DNA of 64,000 nucleotides from NCBI GenBank assembly GCA_025935195.1, contig JAICVS010000003.1, forward strand, positions 124-64,123, written 5' to 3'. How positions within the stretch are numbered: position 1 is the stretch's first letter; each line of letters begins with the position of its first letter. The notes below the pieces were generated by a model. That model did no database searches. It was not told the origin of the DNA and saw nothing but the letters and a program-made list of their open reading frames with translations. The stretch comes from Ktedonobacterales bacterium (GTDB lineage Bacteria; Chloroflexota; Ktedonobacteria; Ktedonobacterales; JADMIN01). Positions 1-9,443 of the stretch are shown here, in pieces. Position numbers and translations under genes: made by a program.

Positions 1-54
1 GCTGGCGGTCGGGGCCAGATTCTTGTCTTCCATTTCCCAGGCGTGATCCAGCGT

Positions 55-91
55 GTGATAGTTCCCAATCTCTAGCGAACTAGTGATTGGT
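55..91 (-). mobile_element. Probable IS200/IS605 right end: subterminal hairpin / omega-RNA 3' region
   Basis: Directly after the tnpB stop on the minus strand: CCAATC-A-CTAG-TTCG-CTAG-A-GATTGG (UUCG-loop hairpin) then GAACTATCAC. The exact end position is inferred. Confidence 0.6.
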
Positions 92-295
92 TTATGCGGC
101 GAGCCGCACCGGGTGAACTACGCACCCTCTACTCCCTTGCGCGAAGGCGTCAGGAGCTACTTTGCGGATGATGTTGTAGGTGCCGTTGACATCGGCGTTG
201 ATGTGGCGCCCATCCGCCGCCCGGTACAGCCCACGCTTCACCCGCTTGCCGCTGAAAGTGGGAGCGGGCCGCGTGGCATCATAGGCGGGTAACGC
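92..295 (-). pseudogene. tnpB: 3' remnant of IS200/IS605-family TnpB (RNA-guided endonuclease), last ~68 codons only
   Basis: Manual minus-strand translation ALPAYDATRPAPTFSGKRVKRGLYRAADGRHINADVNGTYNIIRKVAPDAFAQGSRGCVVHPVRLAA* contains the TnpB C-terminal RuvC-III motif (RGLY...INADxNGxxNI). No start codon; similarity is lost upstream of ~296. Confidence 0.85.
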
Positions 296-380
296 GCAAA
301 GCGGACATGTTGCGTCCGCATTCCCGCGAGCCTGGCGACGAACCGGACGAGAGCGAGCGCCTGGCTTCGTCCGTTCCTCC

Positions 381-407
381 CTCTGCGTCCTCCGCGTCCT
401 CCGCGGT
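381..407. repeat. 3x 9-bp repeat CTC(T/C)GCG(TC/GT)
   Basis: ctctgcgtc-ctccgcgtc-ctccgcggt just downstream of the glgP stop. A related reverse-complement unit is at 43252-43280. Confidence 0.6.
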
Positions 408-415
408 TCAATTCG

Positions 416-2965
416 TCACGCCCAGCGGGCGAGGCCCATGTCGTAGGCGTGGGCCAGGCCGGCATGGTGTGGCACGACGCGCACGCCGAAGATCCAACTG
501 CCGCTGGTGTCGGGGCGCACGCGCGCCTGATAGGTATACGTGCCGCTCTCCGGCTTGCCAGCGCGCTCCAGGGGGATCACGCGCTGATCGGCGGATATGC
601 CGTCGTCGTCGCGCGCCGCCACCAGCTCCACGCGCACGTCTTCCGGCGTCAGCTTGCCCAGCCACACTTTCGCCGTGGCCTGGACGAGCTGGCCGATGGC
701 GATCTGCCCCTCGCGCGGCACGTCCACCTCTAGCGCCACCTCGCCCCAGCCCTCCAATATGGAGCGTTTCCAGCGCACCAGCTCGCGCGCGGGCGCGTAG
801 TTCTCCGCGTCCATGCGCGCGCCCAGGCGCAGAGCGGGGACGTAGAGCTGGTTCACGTAGTCTTTCAGCATGCGGCGCATGCTGAACTGTGGCGCGACGG
901 TGCGGATCGCCTCTTTCATGACGGCTACCCAGCGATGGGGGATGCCGCCGGCGTCGCGGTCGAAGTAGAGCGGCACGATCCGCTGCTCCAGCGCGTCGTA
1001 GAGGGCGGCGGCGTCGGCATCGTCGCGTGTCTGCTCGTCCTGATACTCACGCTCGGTGCCGATGGCCCAGCCGTTGGCGCCGTTCCACGCCTCGGCCCAC
1101 CAGCCATCGAGGATGCTCAGATTCGGCAGGCCGTTCAGGCTCGCCTTCTGCCCGCTGGTGCCGCTGGCCTCGTGCGGGCGGATGGGGTTGTTGAGCCAGA
1201 CGTCGCCGCCGCTGACCAGATGCCGCGCCATGTCCATGTCGTAGTCTTCGAGGAAGACGATCGTGCCGGCGAACTCCGGCTGGCGCGAGAACTCGTAGAC
1301 ACGGCGGATGAACTCCTGGCCGGGCTGGTCCGCCGGGTGCGCCTTGCCGGCGAAGACGAGCTGGACCGGGCGGTCGGGGTTGTTGAGAATGCGCAGCAGT
1401 CGCGCCGGATCGCGGAAGATCAGCGTCGCGCGCTTGTAGGTGGCGAAACGGCGCGCGAAACCAAGTGTCAGGGCGTCTGGGTCCAACACGTCCGCCGCCG
1501 CGCGCACGGCGGCCGGCCCTTCGCGCAGGCGCGTGCGCTGGCGGGCGAGCCGCTCGCGGGCGTAGGCGATCAGGTCTGTTTTGAGGGCGCGATGCGCCTG
1601 CCACAACTCGCCGTCGGGAATCTCGCCGATCCGCGCCCACAATTCCGGCTCGTCCAGGTGGGCGTACCAATCTGGGCCGAGAGAGCGTTGATAGAGCGCA
1701 TCCAGCCGCGGCGCCAGCCAGGTGGCGGTGTGGACGCCGTTGGTGATCGAGCCAATCGGCACCTCGCTCACCTCGATGTCGGGCCAGAGGAAGTGCCACA
1801 TGCGCCGCGAGACATCGCCGTGCAGCGCGCTCACGCCGTTGTGCTGGGCCGAGAGCCGCAGCGCCAGCACGGTCATGCTGAAGCCGGTACCCCACTCCAC
1901 TTGCTGCGCCGCCAGCGCGTGAAAACGCTCGCGGTCCAGGCCGAGCTGGGGCCAGTAGTCGCTGAAGAAGCGATCAATCAGGTCGAAGCCGAAGACATCG
2001 TTGCCGGCCGCCACCGGCGTATGCGTGGTGAAGATGGCGTTGGCGGCGGCGATCTCGCGCGCCACGTCGAACGGCACGCCCAGCCCGCCGATCAGCTCGC
2101 GGCAGCGCTCCAGCCCCAGGAAGGCGGAGTGGCCCTCGTTCATGTGCCAGACCAGCGCGTCCACGTTCAGCGCACGCAGCGCGCGTACACCGCCGATGCC
2201 GAGCATGATCTCTTGCGCGATACGCATCTGCTGGTCACCACCGTAGAGCCGCGCCGAGAGGGTGCGGTCCGCCTGGGCGTTCGGCTCGACGTCGGTGTCC
2301 ATCAGGTAGAGCGGCACACGCCCGACCTGGACGCGCCAGACCTTGGCGAAGACGGTGCGCCCCGGCAGCTCGACCGAGATCATCACCTCCTCGCCGCGCG
2401 GATTCTTGGCGGGCGTGGCCGGCACCTGCGAGAAGTGCAGCTTCTCGTAGAACGCCTCTTGCTGGCCCTCACGGGTGATGCGCTGGCGGAAGTAGCCCTG
2501 CGGGTAGAGGAAGCCGACCGCGACGAACGGCAGGCCAAGATCGCTGGCCTCCTTGCAGTGGTCGCCGGAGAGGATGCCCAGGCCGCCGGAGTAGATCGGC
2601 AGCGACTCGTGCAGGCCGAACTCGGCGGAGAAGTAGGCGATGGTGCGGTTGGCGTCCTGTGGATAGGTGCGGCTGAACCAGGTGCTTTCGGGGCGCATGT
2701 AGGCGTCGAACGCGGCCAGCACGCGGTCGTAGTCGGCCAGGAAGGCGGCGTCGCCGGCCAGCGCCTCCAGCCGCTCCGGAACGGCTTCGATCAACATGCG
2801 CACGGCGTTGTGCTCGGTCTGTTGCCAGAGGCGCGGGTCAATGGCGGCGTAGAGCGCCTGCGCCTCGGGATGCCAGGTCCACCACAGGTTGTATGCCAGC
2901 TCGTGCAGCCGCTCGATCCGCGCGGGGATGGTCGGGAACACGGCCACACGTCCCAGAATCTTCAC
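416..2965 (-). CDS. glgP: Alpha-glucan (glycogen) phosphorylase
   Basis: LAYNLWWTW, AYFSAEFGLHESLPIYSGGLGILSGDHCKEASD, HMNEGH, FARRFATYKRA, EASGTSGQK PLP-lysine motif. GTG start at 2965 preceded by AAGGAG. Confidence 0.97.
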   Translation of the reverse strand: MKILGRVAVFPTIPARIERLHELAYNLWWTWHPEAQALYAAIDPRLWQQTEHNAVRMLIEAVPERLEALAGDAAFLADYDRVLAAFDAYMRPESTWFSRTYPQDANRTIAYFSAEFGLHESLPIYSGGLGILSGDHCKEASDLGLPFVAVGFLYPQGYFRQRITREGQQEAFYEKLHFSQVPATPAKNPRGEEVMISVELPGRTVFAKVWRVQVGRVPLYLMDTDVEPNAQADRTLSARLYGGDQQMRIAQEIMLGIGGVRALRALNVDALVWHMNEGHSAFLGLERCRELIGGLGVPFDVAREIAAANAIFTTHTPVAAGNDVFGFDLIDRFFSDYWPQLGLDRERFHALAAQQVEWGTGFSMTVLALRLSAQHNGVSALHGDVSRRMWHFLWPDIEVSEVPIGSITNGVHTATWLAPRLDALYQRSLGPDWYAHLDEPELWARIGEIPDGELWQAHRALKTDLIAYARERLARQRTRLREGPAAVRAAADVLDPDALTLGFARRFATYKRATLIFRDPARLLRILNNPDRPVQLVFAGKAHPADQPGQEFIRRVYEFSRQPEFAGTIVFLEDYDMDMARHLVSGGDVWLNNPIRPHEASGTSGQKASLNGLPNLSILDGWWAEAWNGANGWAIGTEREYQDEQTRDDADAAALYDALEQRIVPLYFDRDAGGIPHRWVAVMKEAIRTVAPQFSMRRMLKDYVNQLYVPALRLGARMDAENYAPARELVRWKRSILEGWGEVALEVDVPREGQIAIGQLVQATAKVWLGKLTPEDVRVELVAARDDDGISADQRVIPLERAGKPESGTYTYQARVRPDTSGSWIFGVRVVPHHAGLAHAYDMGLARWA

Positions 2966-3024
2966 TCGTCGGTTACTCCTTCGTCCGTGGGAGCGTCCAT
3001 CCTCCCATCGTTGCACATCCCAGC

Positions 3025-3053
3025 ATTATACGCAGCCGCGCATCCCCTGCCAA
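3025..3053 (-). promoter_or_regulatory. Sigma70-type promoter for glgP
   Basis: TTGGCA-17 bp-TATAAT on the minus strand. Confidence 0.6.
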
Positions 3054-3196
3054 AGGCAGCCCAAAAGTAGCGAGATGTATGCCATGCGCGCCCGATCCGG
3101 TACGATAGCTCCGCCCCACCATGTTTCTTTCGCGGTTCGCTCGCGGCTCGCACCGAAGGAGCCGGGGGTGAGCAATCCCCATCCCAGGAGTCATCC

Positions 3197-4648
3197 ATGC
3201 CGGCGGAACTCGATCTCAGTGGGCCGCTCACACGACGCTCCACGCGGCTTCCGCAGGAACTACACTGGGCAGCGACATGGCACCAGCGCGGTGAACACCT
3301 GCGCGCATGGTGTACGCGCGCCGAGGGGCGGCGCATGCTCCTGCTGCTGGCGCTGGCGCTGCTCGTCCGCCTCCCGCTGATGGCCTTCCACGGCTTCTTC
3401 TACGATCTCCAGGGCTATGCCGTCTGGGGCGAGGTGCTGGATCACCACTTCTTCGACTTCTACACGGCGTGCTGCCCCGCCACGCTGCCGCCGCACGCGC
3501 CGCCGACGTACCCGCCGCTCACGGTGTATCTGTACGGCCTGCTCTATGCCGTCTACGCGCTGCTCGGCCGAACGATCACCCCGGCGCCGCCGCTCGATCT
3601 GCACCAGTCCGTGCCGCTCACCGTAATCCTGAAGCTGCCGATGCTCGTGGCGGACCTCGCCACCATCGCGCTCATCTACGCCGTGGCGCGGCGCGTCCGC
3701 TCCGAGCGGCTGGCGCTCGCCGCGGCGGCCTCGTACGCTTTCGCGCCCGCCGTGCTCTTCGATGGCGCGCTCTGGGGTCAGACCGACGGGCTGACGCTGC
3801 TGTTCATCCTGCTTGCGCTGCTGGCGGCGCTGCGCCATCGCGGCGCGTGGGCAGGCGTGTTCTTCGCGCTGGCGGTGCTGCTGAAGCCGCAGCCGCTGGC
3901 CTTCGCGCCGCTGCCGCTCGTCTACCTGTACCGCTGGGCGGGGCCGCGGCAGGCCGTACGCTGGCTCGCGGCCGCCTCCGCCACCGTGGTTGTCGTCTAC
4001 TTGCCATATCTATTGCATCCTGTGGCGCAGATCGGGCAATTTTTGTCTGTCCTGCACGACGGCTTCCGGCAGGAGCCGTACGCCAGTATTGATGGCTTCA
4101 ACCTGTGGTGGTTCCTCGGCGCCGCCAACCACGACTACGCGACACCCTACCTGGGTGCGCTCTCACCGAACACGCTCGGCCTCATCCTCTTCGCGCTGGT
4201 CCTGCTCGTCACGCTGGCCGGCATCTGGCGCAACCCATCGCCTGGCACGCTCTTCCTGGGCGCGGCGCTCGTCGCGCTCGCCTTCTTCGATGTGACAACC
4301 TTGCAGCGCGAGCGCTACCTGTACCCCGCCGTCGCTCTGTTCCTGCTGGCCGCGGTGTACAACGGCACGCTGCTGCTCTTCTCCATCGGCGCCGGGGTCA
4401 CGGCCTTCCTCAACATGGCGATGCACCTGATCATGCGCGCCGATCCCGCCTTCGGCGGCTTCCATGCTGATCCAGGCATTGACCTGAACGCCTGGGCCAG
4501 CTTTCTCGTCCATCATGGGGAATATAGCATCGCCGTCGCCGCGGTGAATGTCGGGCTGTTGCTGGTGGCCGTGCTGATCTTCCCGCGCACGCTGCCGGCG
4601 CGGCGGGCATCACACGGGAGATGCGAGGCGGATGCAACCGTGATGTGA
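3197..4648 (+). CDS. GT-C fold integral membrane glycosyltransferase (GT87/PIG-M-like mannosyltransferase)
   Basis: Many hydrophobic helices; YPP, WGQTD, LKPQ, FNLWW and RERYLYP motifs; AGGAG RBS. Confidence 0.75.
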   Translation: MPAELDLSGPLTRRSTRLPQELHWAATWHQRGEHLRAWCTRAEGRRMLLLLALALLVRLPLMAFHGFFYDLQGYAVWGEVLDHHFFDFYTACCPATLPPHAPPTYPPLTVYLYGLLYAVYALLGRTITPAPPLDLHQSVPLTVILKLPMLVADLATIALIYAVARRVRSERLALAAAASYAFAPAVLFDGALWGQTDGLTLLFILLALLAALRHRGAWAGVFFALAVLLKPQPLAFAPLPLVYLYRWAGPRQAVRWLAAASATVVVVYLPYLLHPVAQIGQFLSVLHDGFRQEPYASIDGFNLWWFLGAANHDYATPYLGALSPNTLGLILFALVLLVTLAGIWRNPSPGTLFLGAALVALAFFDVTTLQRERYLYPAVALFLLAAVYNGTLLLFSIGAGVTAFLNMAMHLIMRADPAFGGFHADPGIDLNAWASFLVHHGEYSIAVAAVNVGLLLVAVLIFPRTLPARRASHGRCEADATVM

Positions 4649-4790
4649 GACATGCGTACCCTCTGTTGAGACTGGCGCGCGGATCGCACGGAACGCGGAC
4701 AGGCACTCGCTCGTTGTAACACGTTGAGAGGCTCATTGCGCCCTCAGTCTCGCCTGTATATCCCACCCGCCCCAATGGAGGTAGCCCACC

Positions 4791-5174
4791 ATGTACAACG
4801 CGAACGCCAATGCCGCGCGCGGCTCCCGTTCCTTCTCACATCCCAATCAATGGGCGCTGATGCTGCACATTGGCAAGACGTTCGCGCTCGTGCGCGCGGT
4901 GCTGGCCGATCCGCGCGTCCACTGGCTGCCCAAGGGCGTCTTCCTGGGCACGATCGGCACACTGCTGCTGGCGCTGCTGGGCGGCGACACGGTGGCCGGG
5001 GCGGTCGAGGCGTTCATCCCGGTCGTCGGCCCGCTCATCGGCTGGCCGGCGGACGCCGGCCTCGACTGGGTCGCTTTCGCCGTTGCCGCGTTCAACCTGC
5101 TACGTCTCTTCCCCGCCGATGTCGTGGGCGAGCATTACGACCGCCTCTTCCGCGCCGGCCGCCGCGCCGCGTAG
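4791..5174 (+). CDS. Small membrane protein, YkvA/DUF1232-like
   Basis: DPRVHWLPK...FIPVVG...D pattern; GGAGGT RBS. Confidence 0.65.
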   Translation: MYNANANAARGSRSFSHPNQWALMLHIGKTFALVRAVLADPRVHWLPKGVFLGTIGTLLLALLGGDTVAGAVEAFIPVVGPLIGWPADAGLDWVAFAVAAFNLLRLFPADVVGEHYDRLFRAGRRAA

Positions 5175-5271
5175 CTGGCCGGCGATTGACATCGCGCCTG
5201 GGGGCCGTTGGCCGCCACGTCCACCTGTGTGGACCAGGGATCGGCACCGCTGATGGCCGCAATCCCAACTA

Positions 5272-5318
5272 CAGCAGAAGGCCCTCCGCCCCGCACAGGG
5301 AAAGAGGGCCTTCTGCTG
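5272..5318. terminator. Hairpin between convergent genes
   Basis: CAGCAGAAGGCCCTC ... GAGGGCCTTCTGCTG, a 15-bp perfect inverted repeat. Confidence 0.65.
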
Positions 5319-5351
5319 CTTGGCTCATTTGCGTTCGCGGTTCACACGCGG

Positions 5352-6074
5352 CTATGGATGGCCGAAGCCGCCGCGGCGCCCATCGTCGAGCAGCGGATAA
5401 TGGCCGGCGTTCACCGCCTGCTGTACGGCGCTGAGCGCCATGTCGGACTGCTGCTGCGTGATCTGGCCGGCGCTCACCGCCTTCGCCAGATCCGCTTTCA
5501 CCGCGGCGACGTACGCCGATTGTACCGCGCTGACATCCACCTTCTGGTCGGAGGCGATCTGCGCGACGGTCTTGCCGCCCGTGAGCGCCGTCTGGAGATC
5601 GGCCAGCGGCATGTGGAGCGCGCCCGCCACCGCGTTCAGGATGTCTTGCCGCGCGCCTGTGAGCGCCGCGCCGAACGCGCCAGCGCCGGCCCCGGCGCCG
5701 CCGCGTGGCCCATGCCCGGCAATGAATTTGCCGATGGCCTGGCAAGGATTGCTGGCGTTCTGGTTCAGCGCGTTTTCGAGCCGCGTCTTCTGCGCGGCGG
5801 TGATCTTGCCGTCGGCGACCAGCTGGTCAATCACCTTCTGCACGGCGACCTTGTTCGCCGCCTCTAGCTGGGCGTTCGTCTTGCCAAGCTGCTGCGCCAG
5901 CGTGTCTTCGTAGAGCTGGCAGTAGTCGCTCTTGGTCGCCTGCGCCTGGTGGGCCTGGCGCGGCGTGTTGTTGGCCGCGAACACGGGCAGCCCGCCACTC
6001 GACAGCATGCCGGCCAGCAGTCCGACGACGAAAATGCCGCCGGCGCCCGCCGCGATCCATATGCGCTTGCGCAT
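5352..6074 (-). CDS. Exported alpha-helical hypothetical protein
   Basis: MRKRIWIAAG signal/TM segment; two similar helical repeats (LVADGKITAAQ / AVSAGQITQQQ); GGAGAGG RBS before the ATG at 6074. Confidence 0.75.
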   Translation of the reverse strand: MRKRIWIAAGAGGIFVVGLLAGMLSSGGLPVFAANNTPRQAHQAQATKSDYCQLYEDTLAQQLGKTNAQLEAANKVAVQKVIDQLVADGKITAAQKTRLENALNQNASNPCQAIGKFIAGHGPRGGAGAGAGAFGAALTGARQDILNAVAGALHMPLADLQTALTGGKTVAQIASDQKVDVSAVQSAYVAAVKADLAKAVSAGQITQQQSDMALSAVQQAVNAGHYPLLDDGRRGGFGHP

Positions 6075-6439
6075 CGTTTCCTCTCCCTCTCGTTTCGCCA
6101 TCTTCACGGATCGGCCGTCACGGATCAGCAGCCGTGGTGATCCCCGGCCTGTGATGCCTTCGATACGGATCGTACGTATGGGCGCCGCGCCCGGTCGCCA
6201 CTGTTTGTGAAGTTTCGGCAAAGTGTGTGCCGGCGCGCGTTTGGCGCTTGCGTTCATCCAGCATTGTATAGCGCGGCGAGATGAGAGCGCGATTGGAGGA
6301 GTATTGGAAGCGGTGGCATGTACTCTGACGTGCCGCGTGTATGCGACGCGCGCATCCGAGCGCGTCAGCTTTTCGGCAGGAAGCCATGACGCTGGAGGCG
6401 CGCTTCCGTCCCGCACCCTCTCTCATGGCTGTCGCGGGG

Positions 6440-6482
6440 CAAAAAGAAGGGGAAGGGCGGGATGCCAGCTCGCCCTTCCCCT
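6440..6482 (-). terminator. Rho-independent terminator
   Basis: AGGGGAAGGGCGAG-loop-CCCGCCCTTCCCCT followed by TCTTTTT on the minus strand. Confidence 0.6.
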
Positions 6483-6624
6483 CGCCGCCCGCGCATATGC
6501 GCGGGCGGCACTGAGAGCCATTCGAGAGCCCGCGACCGCCATGGGGACAACGGCCGCGCAGCCAGGGACCGCAGGGAGTGCATCCTCGTTTGGGTGGAGG
6601 AGTCCGCGACTCGGATAGCTCATA

Positions 6625-6669
6625 GAAAGAAACGCACCGCCGCGCCTTTCGTTAGGGGCGGTGGTGCGT
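6625..6669 (-). terminator. Terminator hairpin downstream of the sigma/anti-sigma operon
   Basis: ACGCACCACCGC...GCGGCGGTGCGT followed by TTCTTTCT on the minus strand. Confidence 0.55.
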
Positions 6670-6696
6670 CTTCCAGCAAACTGATGGTGAGAGGCT

Positions 6697-8484
6697 CTAT
6701 CCGGCGACCGTCCATACCAGCGGCCGGTTGTCAGCGGCCGCCGTGTCGGCCAGCTTTAGCTGCGCGCCGTCCGCCGGGGCGATGGCGAGGCCGGTTCCGC
6801 TGCTGATGGCGAGGCTCTTGCCATCGGGCGCCCATAGCAGCGCGGCATCGCCGTGCTGCTGCGCCAGTGTCGCGATGGCGCCCGGCCCACTGGCACTGAG
6901 CGTCATGACGGCGACGCCGCCGCTCGTCCGCGCCGCGAGGTGGCCGCCATCCGGCGCCCACGCCACGGCGCCGGAGACACCCGCCAGCACGGGTGTGATC
7001 GCGCCGCCCGGCGCCCACAGGAGGAGATCGCCGTTCACTGTCACGACGGCGACGGCCTGTCCCGCTGGCGCCCATGTCACGCTCGCCACCACCGCGTTGG
7101 CGCTGGCGCTCTGGGCGAAGCCCGCGCCCGTCGCGGAGACCGTCGCCAGCGCATCGCTCGTCTGGCTCGCCAGCGCCCACATCCCGCCGTTCGGCCGCGG
7201 CGAGAAGGCCGCGGCGCCGTAGCGCGAACCGGTTGGCGTCAGCCGCAATGGACCAGTGTCGCCCAGCGCTGAGACGGTGAAGATGCCGGTGATGGAGGCG
7301 CCTTGTGTCGTCGCCCAGGTGAGCGCGGGATGCAGCGGATCGGCAGTCCAGGCGAGCTGGGCGATGGTCGCGCTGTCTGCCGGCGTCGTCAACTGCCGCT
7401 GCTGCTTCGCCACCAGATCGTAGGCCCAGAGCGATTGCTGCCCCGGTTGCCCGGCGCCGCTCGCTGCCACATACGCGATTCGCAGCGCGTCCGCGCTCCA
7501 GAGTGGCGTGCCGATCACGGTCTGCCCCGCGCTGGAGATGGCGCGCGGATTGGTGCCGTCACTGTTCACGAGCGTGAGCGCGCCGGCCTGTGTGACGTAG
7601 GCGAGCTGCGCGCCGTCCGGCGACCAGACGATGCGCATGGCGGAGGTCGCGGCGCAGCCAGCGGCGGCGGGGCCGCACTGGCGTCCGAGCACGGCGATCA
7701 CGTGGTCGCTCTGGCCGTCGGCGCGCACGATATGCAGGTCGCCGGTGCGCACATCCACATAGGCGATGCGGGTGCCGTCGGCCGAGACGGCCCACGACTG
7801 GCCCACATTCACCGCTGACGATGTCAGCCGCTGCGCCAGCTCTGGGCCGTATTCCGCCGCGCTCCAGAGCGCGCCCGCTCGCGCGTAGACGACACGCGGC
7901 CCCGCCGCCAGCGGGATGCCCTGGCTCGCTGGGCCGCCGAGGTTCTGTGTGGGTCCGCGTGTGCTTGTTGTCGCGGAATAGAGAAGACCCTGCCTCAGTA
8001 GCAGGGCCGACCCGAAGAGGAGCACGAAAACCGCCGCCGCCTGCAGCGCGACGCGCGCCCATCCAGGTGGACCTCCGCTATGGCGGGTTGGGCGCGCGCG
8101 CGAAGAACCAGCGGCGGCTGGTGTGGCTGTTTCGCCGGTTTCGGCTGCTGGAGCCGCCGCGCCCATCTCGCCATGCTCGCCGTCGCTCTGATGTGGCAGC
8201 GGGCGCAGTGTGGTGCGCCGGCCGGCATGCCGCCCCGCGTCGCGCTCGAGCGAGCGCAGCAGGGCGGCGAACTCAGGCGAGTCGAAGATGCGGTCATGCA
8301 GCTTGGCGGGTGGCGCCACACGCGGCGCCGCCGCCAGCAGCAGATCGAAACGACGATAGTCGGCCGCGAGCTCGCTACAGTGGGCGCAGGTTTCCACGTG
8401 CGTCCGCACCTCCTCGCGGAGCGGCGAGGCAAGCATATCGTCGAGATAGGCGCTGAGGAATTCCTCGGCCTTCTCGCAGGTCAT
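6697..8484 (-). CDS. Anti-sigma factor: N-terminal zf-HC2 (ZAS), TM helix, extracellular TolB/WD40-like beta-propeller
   Basis: MTCEKAEEFLSAYLD...HVETCAHC (HxxxCxxC); TM near residue 150; repeated WSPDG/WAPDG motifs; overlaps the sigma stop (ATGA). Confidence 0.85.
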   Translation of the reverse strand: MTCEKAEEFLSAYLDDMLASPLREEVRTHVETCAHCSELAADYRRFDLLLAAAPRVAPPAKLHDRIFDSPEFAALLRSLERDAGRHAGRRTTLRPLPHQSDGEHGEMGAAAPAAETGETATPAAAGSSRARPTRHSGGPPGWARVALQAAAVFVLLFGSALLLRQGLLYSATTSTRGPTQNLGGPASQGIPLAAGPRVVYARAGALWSAAEYGPELAQRLTSSAVNVGQSWAVSADGTRIAYVDVRTGDLHIVRADGQSDHVIAVLGRQCGPAAAGCAATSAMRIVWSPDGAQLAYVTQAGALTLVNSDGTNPRAISSAGQTVIGTPLWSADALRIAYVAASGAGQPGQQSLWAYDLVAKQQRQLTTPADSATIAQLAWTADPLHPALTWATTQGASITGIFTVSALGDTGPLRLTPTGSRYGAAAFSPRPNGGMWALASQTSDALATVSATGAGFAQSASANAVVASVTWAPAGQAVAVVTVNGDLLLWAPGGAITPVLAGVSGAVAWAPDGGHLAARTSGGVAVMTLSASGPGAIATLAQQHGDAALLWAPDGKSLAISSGTGLAIAPADGAQLKLADTAAADNRPLVWTVAG

Positions 8485-9113
8485 CGGGTACCGCCTCCCC
8501 CCTGTTCCAGCGTCCGGAAGTGCTCCCGGAAGGAGTGCCGCGCGCGGGACAGGTACATTTTCACACCGCTCTCGGCGATGTTGAGGGTTGCCGCGATCTC
8601 GGCGTACGAGAAGCCCTCCTGCGTGTAGAGCAGCAGGGCCGCGCGGTAGTGGCGCGGCATGCGCCTGAGCGCGGCATGCACCAGCTCCGTCGTGCCGATG
8701 GTCTCCTGTGGGTCGGCGCTCTCGACGTCGGCGGGCTCGTGATCGAGATCCTGCCAGGGAAGCCAGGCGATCAGCTTGCGCCGACGCAGCGCGTCGTAGG
8801 CCGTGTTGGTGGCGATACGATACAACCAGGCTGAAAGCTTCAGGTTGGCGTCCATCTTTGGCAGCGCCTTGTAGGCTTTCAGGAAGGTGTCTTGCGTCAG
8901 ATCGTCCGCCTGCTCGCGGCTGCCGACCAGGTGATAGATGTAGTTGTAGATCGGGGTCTTGAACTCGTCGTAGATCCGTTCAAAGGACCACGCTTGTTCC
9001 GCCGCCCTTGCCTCAGCCACCGGTGCGCGTCCCTTCACAGCGTCGGCCTGCCAGCCGGCGGCTTCGCTCAGAAGAGAACGCCCCACGACCGCGGTCCCGG
9101 TTGTCAGGTTCAT
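8481..9113 (-). CDS. ECF RNA polymerase sigma factor
   Basis: ADDLTQDTFLKAY, WLYRIATN, region 4 GFSYAEIA..LNIAESGVKMYLSRAR; GGAGGA before the ATG at 9113 (start uncertain). Confidence 0.93.
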   Translation of the reverse strand: MNLTTGTAVVGRSLLSEAAGWQADAVKGRAPVAEARAAEQAWSFERIYDEFKTPIYNYIYHLVGSREQADDLTQDTFLKAYKALPKMDANLKLSAWLYRIATNTAYDALRRRKLIAWLPWQDLDHEPADVESADPQETIGTTELVHAALRRMPRHYRAALLLYTQEGFSYAEIAATLNIAESGVKMYLSRARHSFREHFRTLEQGGGGTR

Positions 9114-9443
9114 TCCTCCGGCCCCCCCGCGCCGGTCCCGGTCCCGCTGCTGAGGGGTGCGGTCTTCCTCAGCCCCTCTGGAGGATGCAACGGACTTCCG
9201 TGACGGCGGTAACATAAATCTGGCAGGCTGCCTTTCCCATTGGGTGAACGGCGCCATCATATCAGACCTACGACCAGCCGCCCAAGCCAGCCGCCCAACT
9301 TTCCTATCCCACGACCGTGCCGGCCGCCTGGCTCGTTGGCCGCCGCACGCTCCTCCCGCAGGCGCAGGTAGCAGCCGTACTTCGCCAAGAGCGGCCGGGC
9401 GAGTGTGCGGACAATGCGCATGAGGAGATCGTGGCGCCGCGGC

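Noticed and set aside
1-33. Possible gene start on the minus strand (MEDKNLAPTAS...) running off the window
   Set aside because: Only 11 codons are visible and the RBS is weak, so it cannot be supported
935-3070. 711-aa + strand ORF, and similar long antisense ORFs (e.g. 34510-36165, 27548-28789, 54125-55765, 48790-50388)
   Set aside because: Shadow ORFs opposite well-supported genes; expected in high-GC DNA; no family motifs
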